Source: Fimbriimonadales bacterium (GTDB taxonomy: Bacteria > Armatimonadota > Fimbriimonadia > Fimbriimonadales > ATM1). Taken from it: a stretch of 64,000 nucleotides of DNA. Under the pieces are notes generated by a model. The model had not been told where the DNA came from and searched no databases. It was given only the letters and a program-made list of their open reading frames with translations. This document shows positions 45,099-54,618 of this stretch, piece by piece (position 1 is the first letter of the stretch; each line of letters starts with the position of its first letter). The position numbers and the translations under genes are program-made. The stretch covers positions 32,001 through 96,000 of the forward strand of contig JBPCLO010000026.1 of assembly GCA_051003155.1 (NCBI GenBank). The letters run 5' to 3'.

Positions 45099-45731
45099 CT
45101 ACCGTCGGCGACGTCGGACGGCTAACAACGCTAACGGCGCGGCGAGCGCGAGGATGGAGGAAGGCTCAGGAATTAGGTTCTGTTCCACCAGCGACAGCGC
45201 GGCCAGGCTCGTGCTCGGCAACCCCTGATCGGCGATGTCCAGAATGAAGGCCTTCTTAACCTTGATGTCGGTGCTTGCCGTGTCCAGCGTCAGAATGTCG
45301 TGGAAGTTAATCGGACCGTTTTCACCACCCTTGTAGGCGGCGCCCAAGAACTGGCCTTCTGCAGTTCCGATCACCTCATTGCTGTTGTTCATATCCTCCA
45401 CCAGTTCGGTCCACGTGATTCGTCCCCAGTCGAAGACCGAGCCCTGAATCACCATTCCGATCTGCCCAATAGCGAACGACGAATGGGCCTCGTAGATGAT
45501 GTTAACGGTAGCGGTTGTGTGTTCCGTCGAGTCGCCAACAATAACAGGAACCTGACCGGTCAGGAAATCGATGATTTCGTTCATGCTTCCCTGTGTTGTC
45601 CACTCAATTTCCTCGAAACCTTTGGGTGTAAACGCAACCGTAGCTATAACGTTGCTGTAAACGACTTGCGCCTGGGCGGCGGCGGCTAAGACGCACGCAC
45701 ATAACACTCCGATGAACCTTGATGCTCTCAT
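45099..45731 (-). CDS. PEP-CTERM sorting-domain protein
   Basis: GGAG SD, signal peptide, IPEPSS, TM helix, RRRRR. Confidence 0.9.
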   Translation of the reverse strand: MRASRFIGVLCACVLAAAAQAQVVYSNVIATVAFTPKGFEEIEWTTQGSMNEIIDFLTGQVPVIVGDSTEHTTATVNIIYEAHSSFAIGQIGMVIQGSVFDWGRITWTELVEDMNNSNEVIGTAEGQFLGAAYKGGENGPINFHDILTLDTASTDIKVKKAFILDIADQGLPSTSLAALSLVEQNLIPEPSSILALAAPLALLAVRRRRR

Positions 45732-45826
45732 ACAACTCCCCTTTTGGAGCAAAAGCCCCAGCGAATTTAGAATTCCGCTCAATCGAACGGTTGTTCTAGT
45801 ATACGGCACACAAAGTGAAAAGCTGC

Positions 45827-46600
45827 CTAGCAAATGTGCTCGCTTTTACCCGATTTGGTTAAAGACACCGTTTCGGAGCGGGCTTTGTCGATGACGTCCG
45901 CAACCCGCGGGTCATCGAATCCTACGAACTTCGACGGCCGGTCATCGAAGATAACGCTGCCCTGATGAAGAAAGACGATACGGTCTGCAACCCGTAGCGC
46001 CGAGTTCAAGTCGTGCGTGACCAGAATGCTCGTGGCTTGTAGCTTGTCGTCCACCTCTTTTATCAATCCATCGATTGCGTACGCCGTGACGGGATCCAGT
46101 CCGCTGGTCGGCTCGTCGTAAAATAGGATCTCCGGATCAGTGGCCAGAGCCCTTGCAATCCCTACCCTTTTCCGCATACCGCCGCTTAATTCGTTCGGGT
46201 AAAGCGGGCCGGTATCGGCAAGGCCCACGGTTTCGAGGCTTTTGGATACCAGCGCGAGAACTTCATCGGGCCTCAGCCTCCGCTGGCGAGCTGCCGCGAA
46301 GCTGATGTTGTCAGCTACGTTGAGGTAGTCGAACAGCGCCGCTCCCTGGAAGACGACGCCCACCTTTCTGCGGATCCCCTCGAGTTCTCGTGGCTTGCAT
46401 GAGTGGATATCTTTGTCGAACAGCTCAACGCTCCCGGAAGTGGGTTCCAAGAGGCCCGCCATGCAACGCAGAAGCGTGGTCTTTCCTCCCCCGGAGCTAC
46501 CCATGACAGCAACGGTTTCGCCTTTGGGCACGTCCAGCGATACTGCCCGAAGCACAGTATTTGTGCCAAACCTGTGCGTCAGGTCGCGGACGCGAATCAT
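45827..46600 (-). CDS. ABC transporter ATPase, MlaF/Mkl-like
   Basis: GSSGGGKT, LSGGMRKRV, YDEPTSGLDP. Confidence 0.9.
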   Translation of the reverse strand: MIRVRDLTHRFGTNTVLRAVSLDVPKGETVAVMGSSGGGKTTLLRCMAGLLEPTSGSVELFDKDIHSCKPRELEGIRRKVGVVFQGAALFDYLNVADNISFAAARQRRLRPDEVLALVSKSLETVGLADTGPLYPNELSGGMRKRVGIARALATDPEILFYDEPTSGLDPVTAYAIDGLIKEVDDKLQATSILVTHDLNSALRVADRIVFLHQGSVIFDDRPSKFVGFDDPRVADVIDKARSETVSLTKSGKSEHIC

Positions 46601-46657
46601 TGTCTTAAGTATACTCTTGCTGAAATCCTTCGTCCTAATAGACGTTAAACCAGACGT

Positions 46658-47470
46658 ATGAAATTGAGAATCCCCCTGCTCCTTGCAATGCTGCCGCTCG
46701 CCTCTGTGGGAGCCCAGTCGCCTCTGGCCCTCAAATTTGCCAAGGGCGAGACATTACGGTATCTGTCGTCGGTAAGCGCGAGCCAGTCGGCCAAGTACCG
46801 CGGTGAAACCTTCGCGATCAAGATGTCAGGAAGCAATACGATGGTCATTAGTGTGAAATCGGTTGCGAACGGAAAGGCGCTCATGTCGGTTTCCTACACA
46901 AGCAGCCAATCAGCCGCAACGGCGACCAGCTTGCCTGAGGGGGCCAAGAAAGACAGGGTCAAAATCGAAGCCGAAGCCGCTAGGGCGATCAAAGCGACGC
47001 TTTCCGGCGGAGCGAGGTCGCAAACGGTCAGGAGCAATGGCTCATCGACCTACTCGATCCCCATGAAGGACGGCCAATCGATGACGATCCAGGACGGCGC
47101 CTTTATGATGCTCATCCTGCCCAAAGGAGCTCCGAATGTGAACACGAGATGGACCGCCAATATCAGGATGCCGATTCCTGGAGCGACCCGCGCCATGCCC
47201 GTGAAGTACAAGCTCGTCGGCACGGCGACCTACAACGGGCAGGCCGCGCGCAAGATCGTTTTTTCTACGTCCGACAGCGAATCAAAGAAGCAAGGTGACG
47301 TCGCGATGAAGGTGAGAATCGATGTGAAGGGCCACTTCCTACTTAACCCCGCTACAGGCAAGATAGTGCAAGGAGAAGTGAACCGCAGCGTTAAGACGAC
47401 GCTCACGCACGCCAAGGAAGGAACCCGCACCAGCGAACAATCTTCGGTGCAAACGTTCAAGAAAGTTTAG
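46658..47470 (+). CDS. Secreted hypothetical protein
   Basis: Signal peptide, basic beta-rich 270-aa ORF. Confidence 0.7.
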   Translation: MKLRIPLLLAMLPLASVGAQSPLALKFAKGETLRYLSSVSASQSAKYRGETFAIKMSGSNTMVISVKSVANGKALMSVSYTSSQSAATATSLPEGAKKDRVKIEAEAARAIKATLSGGARSQTVRSNGSSTYSIPMKDGQSMTIQDGAFMMLILPKGAPNVNTRWTANIRMPIPGATRAMPVKYKLVGTATYNGQAARKIVFSTSDSESKKQGDVAMKVRIDVKGHFLLNPATGKIVQGEVNRSVKTTLTHAKEGTRTSEQSSVQTFKKV

Positions 47471-49380
47471 TCAGCGAATGGGTCGTCGCTCGAGTAAATG
47501 GGTGGCGTTTGCATTTTCTGGGCCGGGACACGCCTGCCTGTCTTACCGATGATACTCATGGGGTCGCTGTTTTGGGAAGCCGCTAAATCCCGGCATATTT
47601 TGATCAGACTCTCTTCCCTCTCGTTGGGATCGAGCAGAGCCAGTTGTTCGCGCACTTGTGCCTCCGATACCTTTCCACCTCCCAGCGCGACCGCTTGCTT
47701 CAAGATCCTCATTTCGATGGGCAATGACGGCGAGCAAGGATATTGGCTCATGCCATCGTTCCCGCGAAGAATCGAAGGCAGCGGAAACCGAACAAAGACC
47801 GGTTGGCTGAAGTGTGGGTGCCGGATCATCATGAGGCCGGGGTCCGCGGTGGCCAGCTTCTCGCGGACCGCCTGAGGGTACACGGTATAGATCGAATTCG
47901 CCAGTTCCTCTAACTGAATATGCCCGTACGCAGAATTAGCCGAGTTCCCCACAACCTGGGGATCGACCCTTGACCGGAACTGTTGAGCGCCGAAGAGCAC
48001 CAAGCCTAGATATCGGCCGCGAGCAGCGATGTCCCGCAGTGCGCGGACAACATAGGTCTCGTGCCCGGAACTGGGGGCGTACTTGTTCAACTCGTCGACC
48101 ACAACGATCAAACGCTTGACGCCGAGCCTGCCCTGCTCCATGCGGCTTCGCAAATCGCTGATCACTGCGGCGAAGACCAAATCCTGTGCCTCCACGTCGG
48201 ATTGCGAGAGGTCGATAACGTAGGCGGTCCGATCTTTGAACGTCTTCGGAAGAGGACTGATCGTGTCACCAGAACTCGAGATCAGGCCATGGAAGCGCAC
48301 GGAGAAATTGTCGATCCGATTCAACATCTTGCGGATAGTCGCCGGGTGGTGCGTCTTGTAATCGCCGGCGTCTGCCAAATTCAACATCGCCTGGACCGCG
48401 GCAACGAGTTCCTTCAAGTTGCTTACCTTCATTGGAGGGCTCTCATCGTTCAGTCTAAACGCGTCGCGGCCTGCTACGTCGCCCACCAGGAATTGAAGAA
48501 AAGCATCAGCCTTCACGTCCAAGTCCTCGCGATTGAGAAGCACCTCTGCGTGTTTCAAGACCTCCTTCAAACCGTAGCAAAAGCCGCGCGTGGGTTTGGA
48601 GGCCATCAGCGCGGGGTGGTTGCGCAGAGTTTGGAGTTCCGTGCGCGTTGCATCCGAGTAGGGCGCAGAGTACTCGACTTCCGCGAACGGGACTGGATTC
48701 AGCCCGCACCGCTGGTACATCCGTAGGTCCACTTCCGGCAGCGATCCCATCGGGGGAAGATCCAAGAACAACAAATCCCCACCCTTCACGTTAAACATCA
48801 CCGTGGCGACGCCTTCCTCTCCAATACCCCTGAACCTCTGGAAGATTGATTGGAGAATAAACTGTATGTAGCTGGTCTTAGCTGCCAGCCCACTCGTTCC
48901 GGTAACGTTTAAATGTCCCGCTTCCGGCCCTAAGAGGTACTCAGGATCGGCTAACACGGGCATCGGGTCGTTTCTTGCGCCATAGACTCCAACCGGAATT
49001 CCGTCTGCGAATTTGTCTGCGTTCAGGGCTGTCGTGACGTCCGCGGCTTCTGCTAGATACACGGGGCCGATACCGACAGCCGACACTGGCTCTTCGGGAA
49101 TTCGTCGAAGCACTGCGGCCTCGAAAAGACGAATTTCTGGTCGATTGGTGGGTGACTGACCTCCGGGTTCGCCTTGCGCACCCAAGAAGTCTGCAAGCGG
49201 CGCGGGCAGGTCATTGTAAGCCTTCGCCTCGGTAACGATTCCGTAGATCGCTGCGTCCTCGAGGATAACCTTGACCATCGAGCCGATTCCCAGGCCGGCT
49301 TCGCGCTTAGCCCAAAAGTTGAAAGCGTAGGCTGTGTTGGGTAGGTCCTGAGTTGCGACCACGTTTCCGACTAGAATCAT
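47467..49380 (-). CDS. HerA-like ATPase (HAS barrel plus FtsK/HerA P-loop)
   Basis: HLNVTGTSGLAAKTS, FNVKG, VVDELNKYAP, RGRYLG, GAQQ. Confidence 0.85.
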   Translation of the reverse strand: MILVGNVVATQDLPNTAYAFNFWAKREAGLGIGSMVKVILEDAAIYGIVTEAKAYNDLPAPLADFLGAQGEPGGQSPTNRPEIRLFEAAVLRRIPEEPVSAVGIGPVYLAEAADVTTALNADKFADGIPVGVYGARNDPMPVLADPEYLLGPEAGHLNVTGTSGLAAKTSYIQFILQSIFQRFRGIGEEGVATVMFNVKGGDLLFLDLPPMGSLPEVDLRMYQRCGLNPVPFAEVEYSAPYSDATRTELQTLRNHPALMASKPTRGFCYGLKEVLKHAEVLLNREDLDVKADAFLQFLVGDVAGRDAFRLNDESPPMKVSNLKELVAAVQAMLNLADAGDYKTHHPATIRKMLNRIDNFSVRFHGLISSSGDTISPLPKTFKDRTAYVIDLSQSDVEAQDLVFAAVISDLRSRMEQGRLGVKRLIVVVDELNKYAPSSGHETYVVRALRDIAARGRYLGLVLFGAQQFRSRVDPQVVGNSANSAYGHIQLEELANSIYTVYPQAVREKLATADPGLMMIRHPHFSQPVFVRFPLPSILRGNDGMSQYPCSPSLPIEMRILKQAVALGGGKVSEAQVREQLALLDPNEREESLIKICRDLAASQNSDPMSIIGKTGRRVPAQKMQTPPIYSSDDPFAD

Positions 49381-49419
49381 CTATCGACATCTTAGCCAAA
49401 GGAAGCATGTGTCGCGCCC

Positions 49420-49905
49420 CTATTTCTTCCTTTTCAACCGGCCCCGAGCTTGCCTGCGCCAATTCTCGCCTACACGAAGCTCGACCAAGAAATCGAGATC
49501 CCCAATTTCCGTCAGCGACAATGTCCGTCGCAACGTCTGCGAGTTGCCCTTGACCTCCCAAGGCAAACTCACCATGACCAATTTGCTATCTACCACACGG
49601 CCGACTTCTTCTCTCGGTGAGGCGGACAGCGATGATGCCGCCCACGAGCGAAATACCTCGTCGTGGCGGTCCCACCAAAAGTGGCACATCTCATCTGCTG
49701 AAAACACTCCCGGGATGTTTACCTTGAGCGACGACTCGATGTACCTTGCACGGTGGGTTTTCCGATTTGACATTGTGATCGACGCCTTTCCCTGTTCGAC
49801 CGAAACCTCCCCACTCCATGTGCCGAGAAGAAATTTCAGATCGCCGATCGACGGTCCGGCGTATGCCCATCCAAGAAGAATTGCTGGAACAATCTTGCTC
49901 ACCAT
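49420..49905 (-). CDS. Hypothetical beta-barrel-like protein
   Basis: Signal-like N-terminus, LKFLLGTWSGE. Confidence 0.55.
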   Translation of the reverse strand: MVSKIVPAILLGWAYAGPSIGDLKFLLGTWSGEVSVEQGKASITMSNRKTHRARYIESSLKVNIPGVFSADEMCHFWWDRHDEVFRSWAASSLSASPREEVGRVVDSKLVMVSLPWEVKGNSQTLRRTLSLTEIGDLDFLVELRVGENWRRQARGRLKRKK

Positions 49906-50088
49906 TGGTTTTCGGACGCCGAACCGCGCCTTTCGGTTCTGACGAGGGCGGTTCGCTCCAGTAACCATTTATGGAAAAGCCGGTATTGGTGCTAGTCGAA
50001 TCCTCACCATAATAGCGTAAGATAAGTATAGTTTGTGCCCGCTGATAGGGCGCGGCTAATCTGACCCCTAAATGCAGGAGAGACAAAA

Positions 50089-50913
50089 ATGAAAAGGACA
50101 CTTATGTTATGCGCCTTTGCGGCTGTAGTCGCTACGGCGAGCGCAATCGACTTCGAAGCCCCCAAATACAACGGTTCCGCGGGTGGTACCGTGTTGACCG
50201 GCCAGAACGGCTGGTATGTTCCTCCAGTTGGTGGCGCTGACTGGAACGTATTCACGTATGCCGGCAACACTCACGGCATCGTTTCAAATCCGACCGGCGG
50301 TGATCAGTTGGCTGTTGGCGTTACCGGAGCCACACCCGCAAGAGCTCAGAGAGATCACGATTGGGCATCTGGCCCCGTCTGGACGGCCTCGTATGACATC
50401 CTTGGCATGTATGTCGGACAGCTCCCCACGGCAGATAACCTGGGCAGCTTCTCGCTTCAAGATAGTGCGACCACCAAGAGCTTCATCGCCCTCAATCGCT
50501 GGATGGATCCGACCACCGCCACGGCTTGGCAAGCAGAGTACAACGTTTATGACTCCACGGGCCTGGCACTTGCCAACCAAAGTGCAGGCGCCGAGTGGAT
50601 GAACCTAGACGTTAACAAGTGGTATCGGCAGTCGACGACCTTCTCGTTCGCGGACAACACGATATCGGAGGTCTCGATTACCGACATCGTGGCGGGTACT
50701 ACCACGACGGTCAATCCGGTCGGTTGGTATCTTCAGGGCGGCTCATCTTCGGGTCTTCCCACACCGACTGCCTTTCGATTCTTCGCGGGCGGCGCGGCAG
50801 GTAACCTCATGGGTATCGACAACATTACACTTGAGGTCGTTCCCGAACCGGCTACGGTTCTCGCACTCGGGCTTGGTGTGGCGTTACTCGCCGCTCGCCG
50901 TCGCAAGAACTAA
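50089..50913 (+). CDS. PEP-CTERM sorting-domain protein
   Basis: AGGAG SD, signal peptide, VPEPA, TM helix, RRRKN. Confidence 0.92.
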   Translation: MKRTLMLCAFAAVVATASAIDFEAPKYNGSAGGTVLTGQNGWYVPPVGGADWNVFTYAGNTHGIVSNPTGGDQLAVGVTGATPARAQRDHDWASGPVWTASYDILGMYVGQLPTADNLGSFSLQDSATTKSFIALNRWMDPTTATAWQAEYNVYDSTGLALANQSAGAEWMNLDVNKWYRQSTTFSFADNTISEVSITDIVAGTTTTVNPVGWYLQGGSSSGLPTPTAFRFFAGGAAGNLMGIDNITLEVVPEPATVLALGLGVALLAARRRKN

Positions 50914-50934
50914 ATCCACCGTTACCATAAGATC

Positions 50935-50962
50935 AGGCCGCCGTCCTAGGCGGCCTTTTTTA
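50935..50962 (+). terminator. Rho-independent terminator
   Basis: aggccgcc-gtccta-ggcggcct followed by T-run. Confidence 0.8.
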
Positions 50963-51766
50963 TGTGTAAAGCTCGGGCCGGCGCGCTTCGAAAAGGTCCA
51001 TCTCATACTCGCCTAACTTCCGCACGATCCGCTTGTCCGACGCCTTGGTGGGATCGATATTCGAGACGATGGCTCCGGTTTCCTTGCTGTCCAACGCCGC
51101 CAAAACCTCGCCGCATGGTGCGATAATTTTGCTGCGGCCGATAAACTCGAAGCCGTTCTCGGTGCCGACGCGGTTCGACGCAATCACGTAAACATGGTTC
51201 TCGATGGCACGCGCAGGGCAAAGAACGTCGCTGGCTGATTGCGCAGTTTCTGGCCAATTCGTGGGCAAACAAATGATTTCAGCGCCAGCCAACGCCATTG
51301 TTCGGGCGGGCTCGGGAAACCTAATATCGAAGCAAATCAAAATGCCGATCTTTCCCACTGGCGTGTCGAATACGGGCAGCGAATCACCACGAGCGACGAA
51401 TCGATCCAGACCTAAACAAGGTAAATGGGTCTTCCGATACATGCCGGCCAAGCCATCTGGGCCATAGAGAGCCGCGCTATTGAACAAGCGGCCACGGAAA
51501 TCCTCGGCAAAGCCCACGACAGCCCAAATGCCGACGCCCGAGGCACCCCGTTCGAGGTCTTTCATCTCTGGCGATTCCAGGGAAACTGCCGCTCCGCGCG
51601 CCTCGTCTTCCGACCCAAAACAGTAGCCCGTCACCGCCGCCTCGGGAAAAACGGCGAGTTCGACTCCCTGACCGGCGAGGATTTCGATCTGGGTGGCAAT
51701 GCGTGACGCATTGGATCCCGCATCCGCGAAATCCGGCTGGTATTGGACGGCTGCAACCCGAACCAT
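50960..51766 (-). CDS. Carbon-nitrogen hydrolase (nitrilase family)
   Basis: FPE, YRKTHL, ICFDIRFPE triad motifs. Confidence 0.92.
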   Translation of the reverse strand: MVRVAAVQYQPDFADAGSNASRIATQIEILAGQGVELAVFPEAAVTGYCFGSEDEARGAAVSLESPEMKDLERGASGVGIWAVVGFAEDFRGRLFNSAALYGPDGLAGMYRKTHLPCLGLDRFVARGDSLPVFDTPVGKIGILICFDIRFPEPARTMALAGAEIICLPTNWPETAQSASDVLCPARAIENHVYVIASNRVGTENGFEFIGRSKIIAPCGEVLAALDSKETGAIVSNIDPTKASDKRIVRKLGEYEMDLFEARRPELYT

Positions 51767-53034
51767 CAGGACACGACCCGAATCCAGTTATCCAGCGTCT
51801 CGATCATCGGAAGCCTGCGTATATCCTCGAGCGTCGCCACAAAATTTGCTTCGCGTGCCTGATGCGTTAGGAAAACGAGCTCGCTGCGCGCTCCGGGGAG
51901 CTCGTGCATCTCCAATGCCGCCAAGCTAACATCGTTATCGCCGAATGCAAGGGCGATCTGGCCAAGGGCTCTGGGCCGGTCCTCGGAGGTAACTCTCAAG
52001 TAGTAGCGACTCACACATTCTGCGATGTCCTGGATCGGCATCTCATGGAAATTCGTGCTACCGATCCGTCCGTGCGCTCCCGAATGGCGATTGCGTGCGA
52101 TCTCGATTAGGTCGCCGACAATCGCGCTAGCCGTTGCATCCTTGCCCGCGCCCGACCCGAAGAGCATGAGGTCTCCCACGAAGTCGCCTTGCAGGAGAAC
52201 CGCATTGTTGGGCCCGTCCACCTTCGAGAGCGGATTGGCAAGGGAAACCATCGCCGGATGAACCCTCGCTTCAATCTTTCCGTCTTCCTGTCGGCCAATG
52301 GCAACAGACTTGACCCGATAACCCAAAAGCTCGGCATACTCGATGTCGGTAGTTTCGATGTGCCCAATGCCCTGCCGGTAAATGTCCTCGGGACGAACCG
52401 CGCAGGCAAACGCCAGCCCGCATAGGATCGCGAGCTTGCTCTGAGCGTCGAAGTTCTCGACATCCGCTGTCGGATCAGCCTCCGCGAAACCCTTCTCTTG
52501 TGCCTCAGCGAGCACTTCGTTATAGCGAGCCCGGTCAGCGTGCATCCGTGTCAGGATGTAGTTTGTGGTGCCGTTGACGATGCCCATGACGCTCCGCACA
52601 CGATTTCCTGAGAGTTGGTTCTTGAGCGATTGAATGACCGGAATTCCGGCGCACACTGCGGCTTCGAACAAAAGATCGAGTCCTTTGTCCTCGGCGGACT
52701 TAAGCAGCTCACGCCCATGCCTCGCCATCAGTTCCTTGTTGGCAGTGACAACGTGCTTGCCCGAGTCTAGAGCGCGCGCAATGTAGGTCCATGCCGGCTC
52801 CACTCCTCCCATAACTTCCACCACGACTTCGACGTCTGGCTCAGCGAGGATGTCCTCAAAACACTTAGTGATCGATGGCGCATTGGCAGGGCGCGCCTTC
52901 TGCATGTCTTGCACAAGGCATCGGATAATCTCGATTCTGGTGCCGCATCTCGCAGAAATAATGTCGGCATTGGTGGTGAGCATGTCTACGACGCCCGACC
53001 CAACGGTTCCGAGTCCCAGCAATCCGATCTTCAA
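51766..53034 (-). CDS. hom: Homoserine dehydrogenase
   Basis: GLGTVG, VVTANK, NGTTNYIL, AEADP, ACT domain. Confidence 0.96.
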   Translation of the reverse strand: MKIGLLGLGTVGSGVVDMLTTNADIISARCGTRIEIIRCLVQDMQKARPANAPSITKCFEDILAEPDVEVVVEVMGGVEPAWTYIARALDSGKHVVTANKELMARHGRELLKSAEDKGLDLLFEAAVCAGIPVIQSLKNQLSGNRVRSVMGIVNGTTNYILTRMHADRARYNEVLAEAQEKGFAEADPTADVENFDAQSKLAILCGLAFACAVRPEDIYRQGIGHIETTDIEYAELLGYRVKSVAIGRQEDGKIEARVHPAMVSLANPLSKVDGPNNAVLLQGDFVGDLMLFGSGAGKDATASAIVGDLIEIARNRHSGAHGRIGSTNFHEMPIQDIAECVSRYYLRVTSEDRPRALGQIALAFGDNDVSLAALEMHELPGARSELVFLTHQAREANFVATLEDIRRLPMIETLDNWIRVVS

Positions 53035-53037
53035 ACG

Positions 53038-53445
53038 CTAACCTTCCAGAATGAAGAGCGCTTCACCCTCCTGCACGACGGCGCCCTCCTCGACGACGCA
53101 CCGCACGACAACGCCTGCGACGGGCGATTCGATCTCGTTAAAAACCTTCATCGCTTCGATAATGCCCACGACTTGGCCGACGGAAACTCTGTCACCAACC
53201 TCGATGAAGGGGGCTTCCCCAGGGGACGCGCGACGGTAAAAAACCCCGACCAGCGGACTTGGCAAAATCGGCCCCTGCGGCTCGGCGCCACCCTCGGGTG
53301 CGACAGACCCGACCTGGAGACGGCTACCGAGGGCCTCGCGGCGAAGCTCGATTGCTACGTCCCCTTCCTTCACTTTGATCGCCACGAGTTTATGCTCGTC
53401 GAGCAAGGAGGCGAGTTCTTCAACGCGTGAGATTAGGTCCGCCAT
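53038..53445 (-). CDS. accB: Biotin carboxyl carrier protein
   Basis: EAMKVFNEI biotinylation motif. Confidence 0.93.
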   Translation of the reverse strand: MADLISRVEELASLLDEHKLVAIKVKEGDVAIELRREALGSRLQVGSVAPEGGAEPQGPILPSPLVGVFYRRASPGEAPFIEVGDRVSVGQVVGIIEAMKVFNEIESPVAGVVVRCVVEEGAVVQEGEALFILEG

Positions 53446-53518
53446 GCCTCTAGATTATGCCCGATGGGCGTATTTACTGGTAAGCGATCACGTATGAATA
53501 ATACGAAAGCTTGAACCT

Positions 53519-53881
53519 ATGGGAAAAACGATTCTAGTTGTGGACGACGACCCTCAAGTTCGCGCCGTCATTGGCAGAATCCTCGATGGTATGGGCTATA
53601 AAGTCATATTGGCTTCCGACGGGGAGGATGCTTTGAGGAAAGCCCAGGAAACTCCGTCTCTCGATCTGGTCTTGACTGATGTCGCCATGCCGAACAAGGG
53701 CGGCTTCGATATGGTGACAGAACTAATGAGCGAGCGTCCCGAAGTCGAAGTCATCTTTATGTCCGCGTACATCGCAGACGAACAGCTCGGAGAGCGCATA
53801 GCGGATGGCCGCGCCCGGTTCTTGGCGAAGCCTTTCAAACCAAGCGAACTGCAACGCAAGATTCAGCTCGCCTTGATGTAA
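53519..53881 (+). CDS. Single-domain response regulator
   Basis: LVVDDD, LTDVAMP, FLAKPF. Confidence 0.92.
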   Translation: MGKTILVVDDDPQVRAVIGRILDGMGYKVILASDGEDALRKAQETPSLDLVLTDVAMPNKGGFDMVTELMSERPEVEVIFMSAYIADEQLGERIADGRARFLAKPFKPSELQRKIQLALM

Positions 53882-54115
53882 TCCTTGCGCCTGTGTACCT
53901 CGATGGGCCCGACGCGCTCCGAAAAGGAATAGGTTTCGAAGAGCCACTTCCTCAACGTAGAAATTTTCCTTAGCGTTGCCAAACCGTCTCTTTCGTAAAC
54001 CGGACGCCTGTTTTCGCGGCATATCAGGATATATGCAGGGCGCTTCCGCATTATGGTTGTCGAATATTCGCGCCTCCAGCCAAAGCGCGCGAATTCATGC
54101 TCTCCCGCAGTCGTC

Positions 54116-54191
54116 TGGCCCGCACGGAGGGATTCGAACCCCCGACACCCAGTTCCGAAGACTGGTGCTCTATCCACTGAGCTACGTGCGG
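54116..54191 (-). tRNA. tRNA-Arg, anticodon UCG
   Basis: 76-nt cloverleaf; CCGCACG/CGTGCGG acceptor stem, CCAGT-CTTCGGA-ACTGG anticodon arm, GTTCGAATC, encoded CCA. Confidence 0.95.
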
Positions 54192-54271
54192 ACAGGTTAA
54201 TTTTACCCGCGCCCCTACTGGGTCTCCAATGGTATGTCACAAAACGCGCACCGCATGACAATACATATATT

Positions 54272-54358
54272 AGAAAGCAGCGCCAGTGGCTGCAGAACGA
54301 AACTAATGCCTTAGCGGGTTCTTTGCTCTCTCCTCTCTCCCGCTAGGGCAATTTTTTT
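54272..54358 (+). ncRNA. Candidate small RNA, copy 1
   Basis: 5' hairpin, GAACGAA, terminator with CU-rich loop; paralogous to copy 2; 5' end inferred. Confidence 0.55.
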
Positions 54359-54444
54359 GTCTCCTTCACCACTGAGCTCAGACTTTTTTCGACTTTCCGA
54401 AATTTCTTGTCACAAATTGGCCGCGAGCGGCAAATTAGATAGTA

Positions 54445-54594
54445 AGAACGTAGTTCTGCAAGGGCTGCGAACGAAGTGAGCGATCCAACGGTCGGGCGAG
54501 CCCCTCAAGGTAGCCACGAACCAAGAGATCGACGAAGAAACGGAATGCCTTGGCGGGTTTCCTCTCTCTCCTTTTCCCGCCAGGGCAATTTTTT
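54445..54594 (+). ncRNA. Candidate small RNA, copy 2
   Basis: Same layout plus a ~65-nt insert; compensatory base pair in the terminator stem; 5' end inferred. Confidence 0.55.
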
Positions 54595-54618
54595 GACTGG
54601 CCAACGTAGAATCTGGCC

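Noticed and set aside
54116..54191. tRNA as an integration site for a genomic island
   Set aside because: No integrase and no duplicated tRNA 3' end noticed in the window
54445..54594. Riboswitch or attenuator controlling selB
   Set aside because: selB has its own TAGAAT box downstream of the terminator and copy 1 precedes no gene; independent sRNAs fit better, though cis control is not excluded
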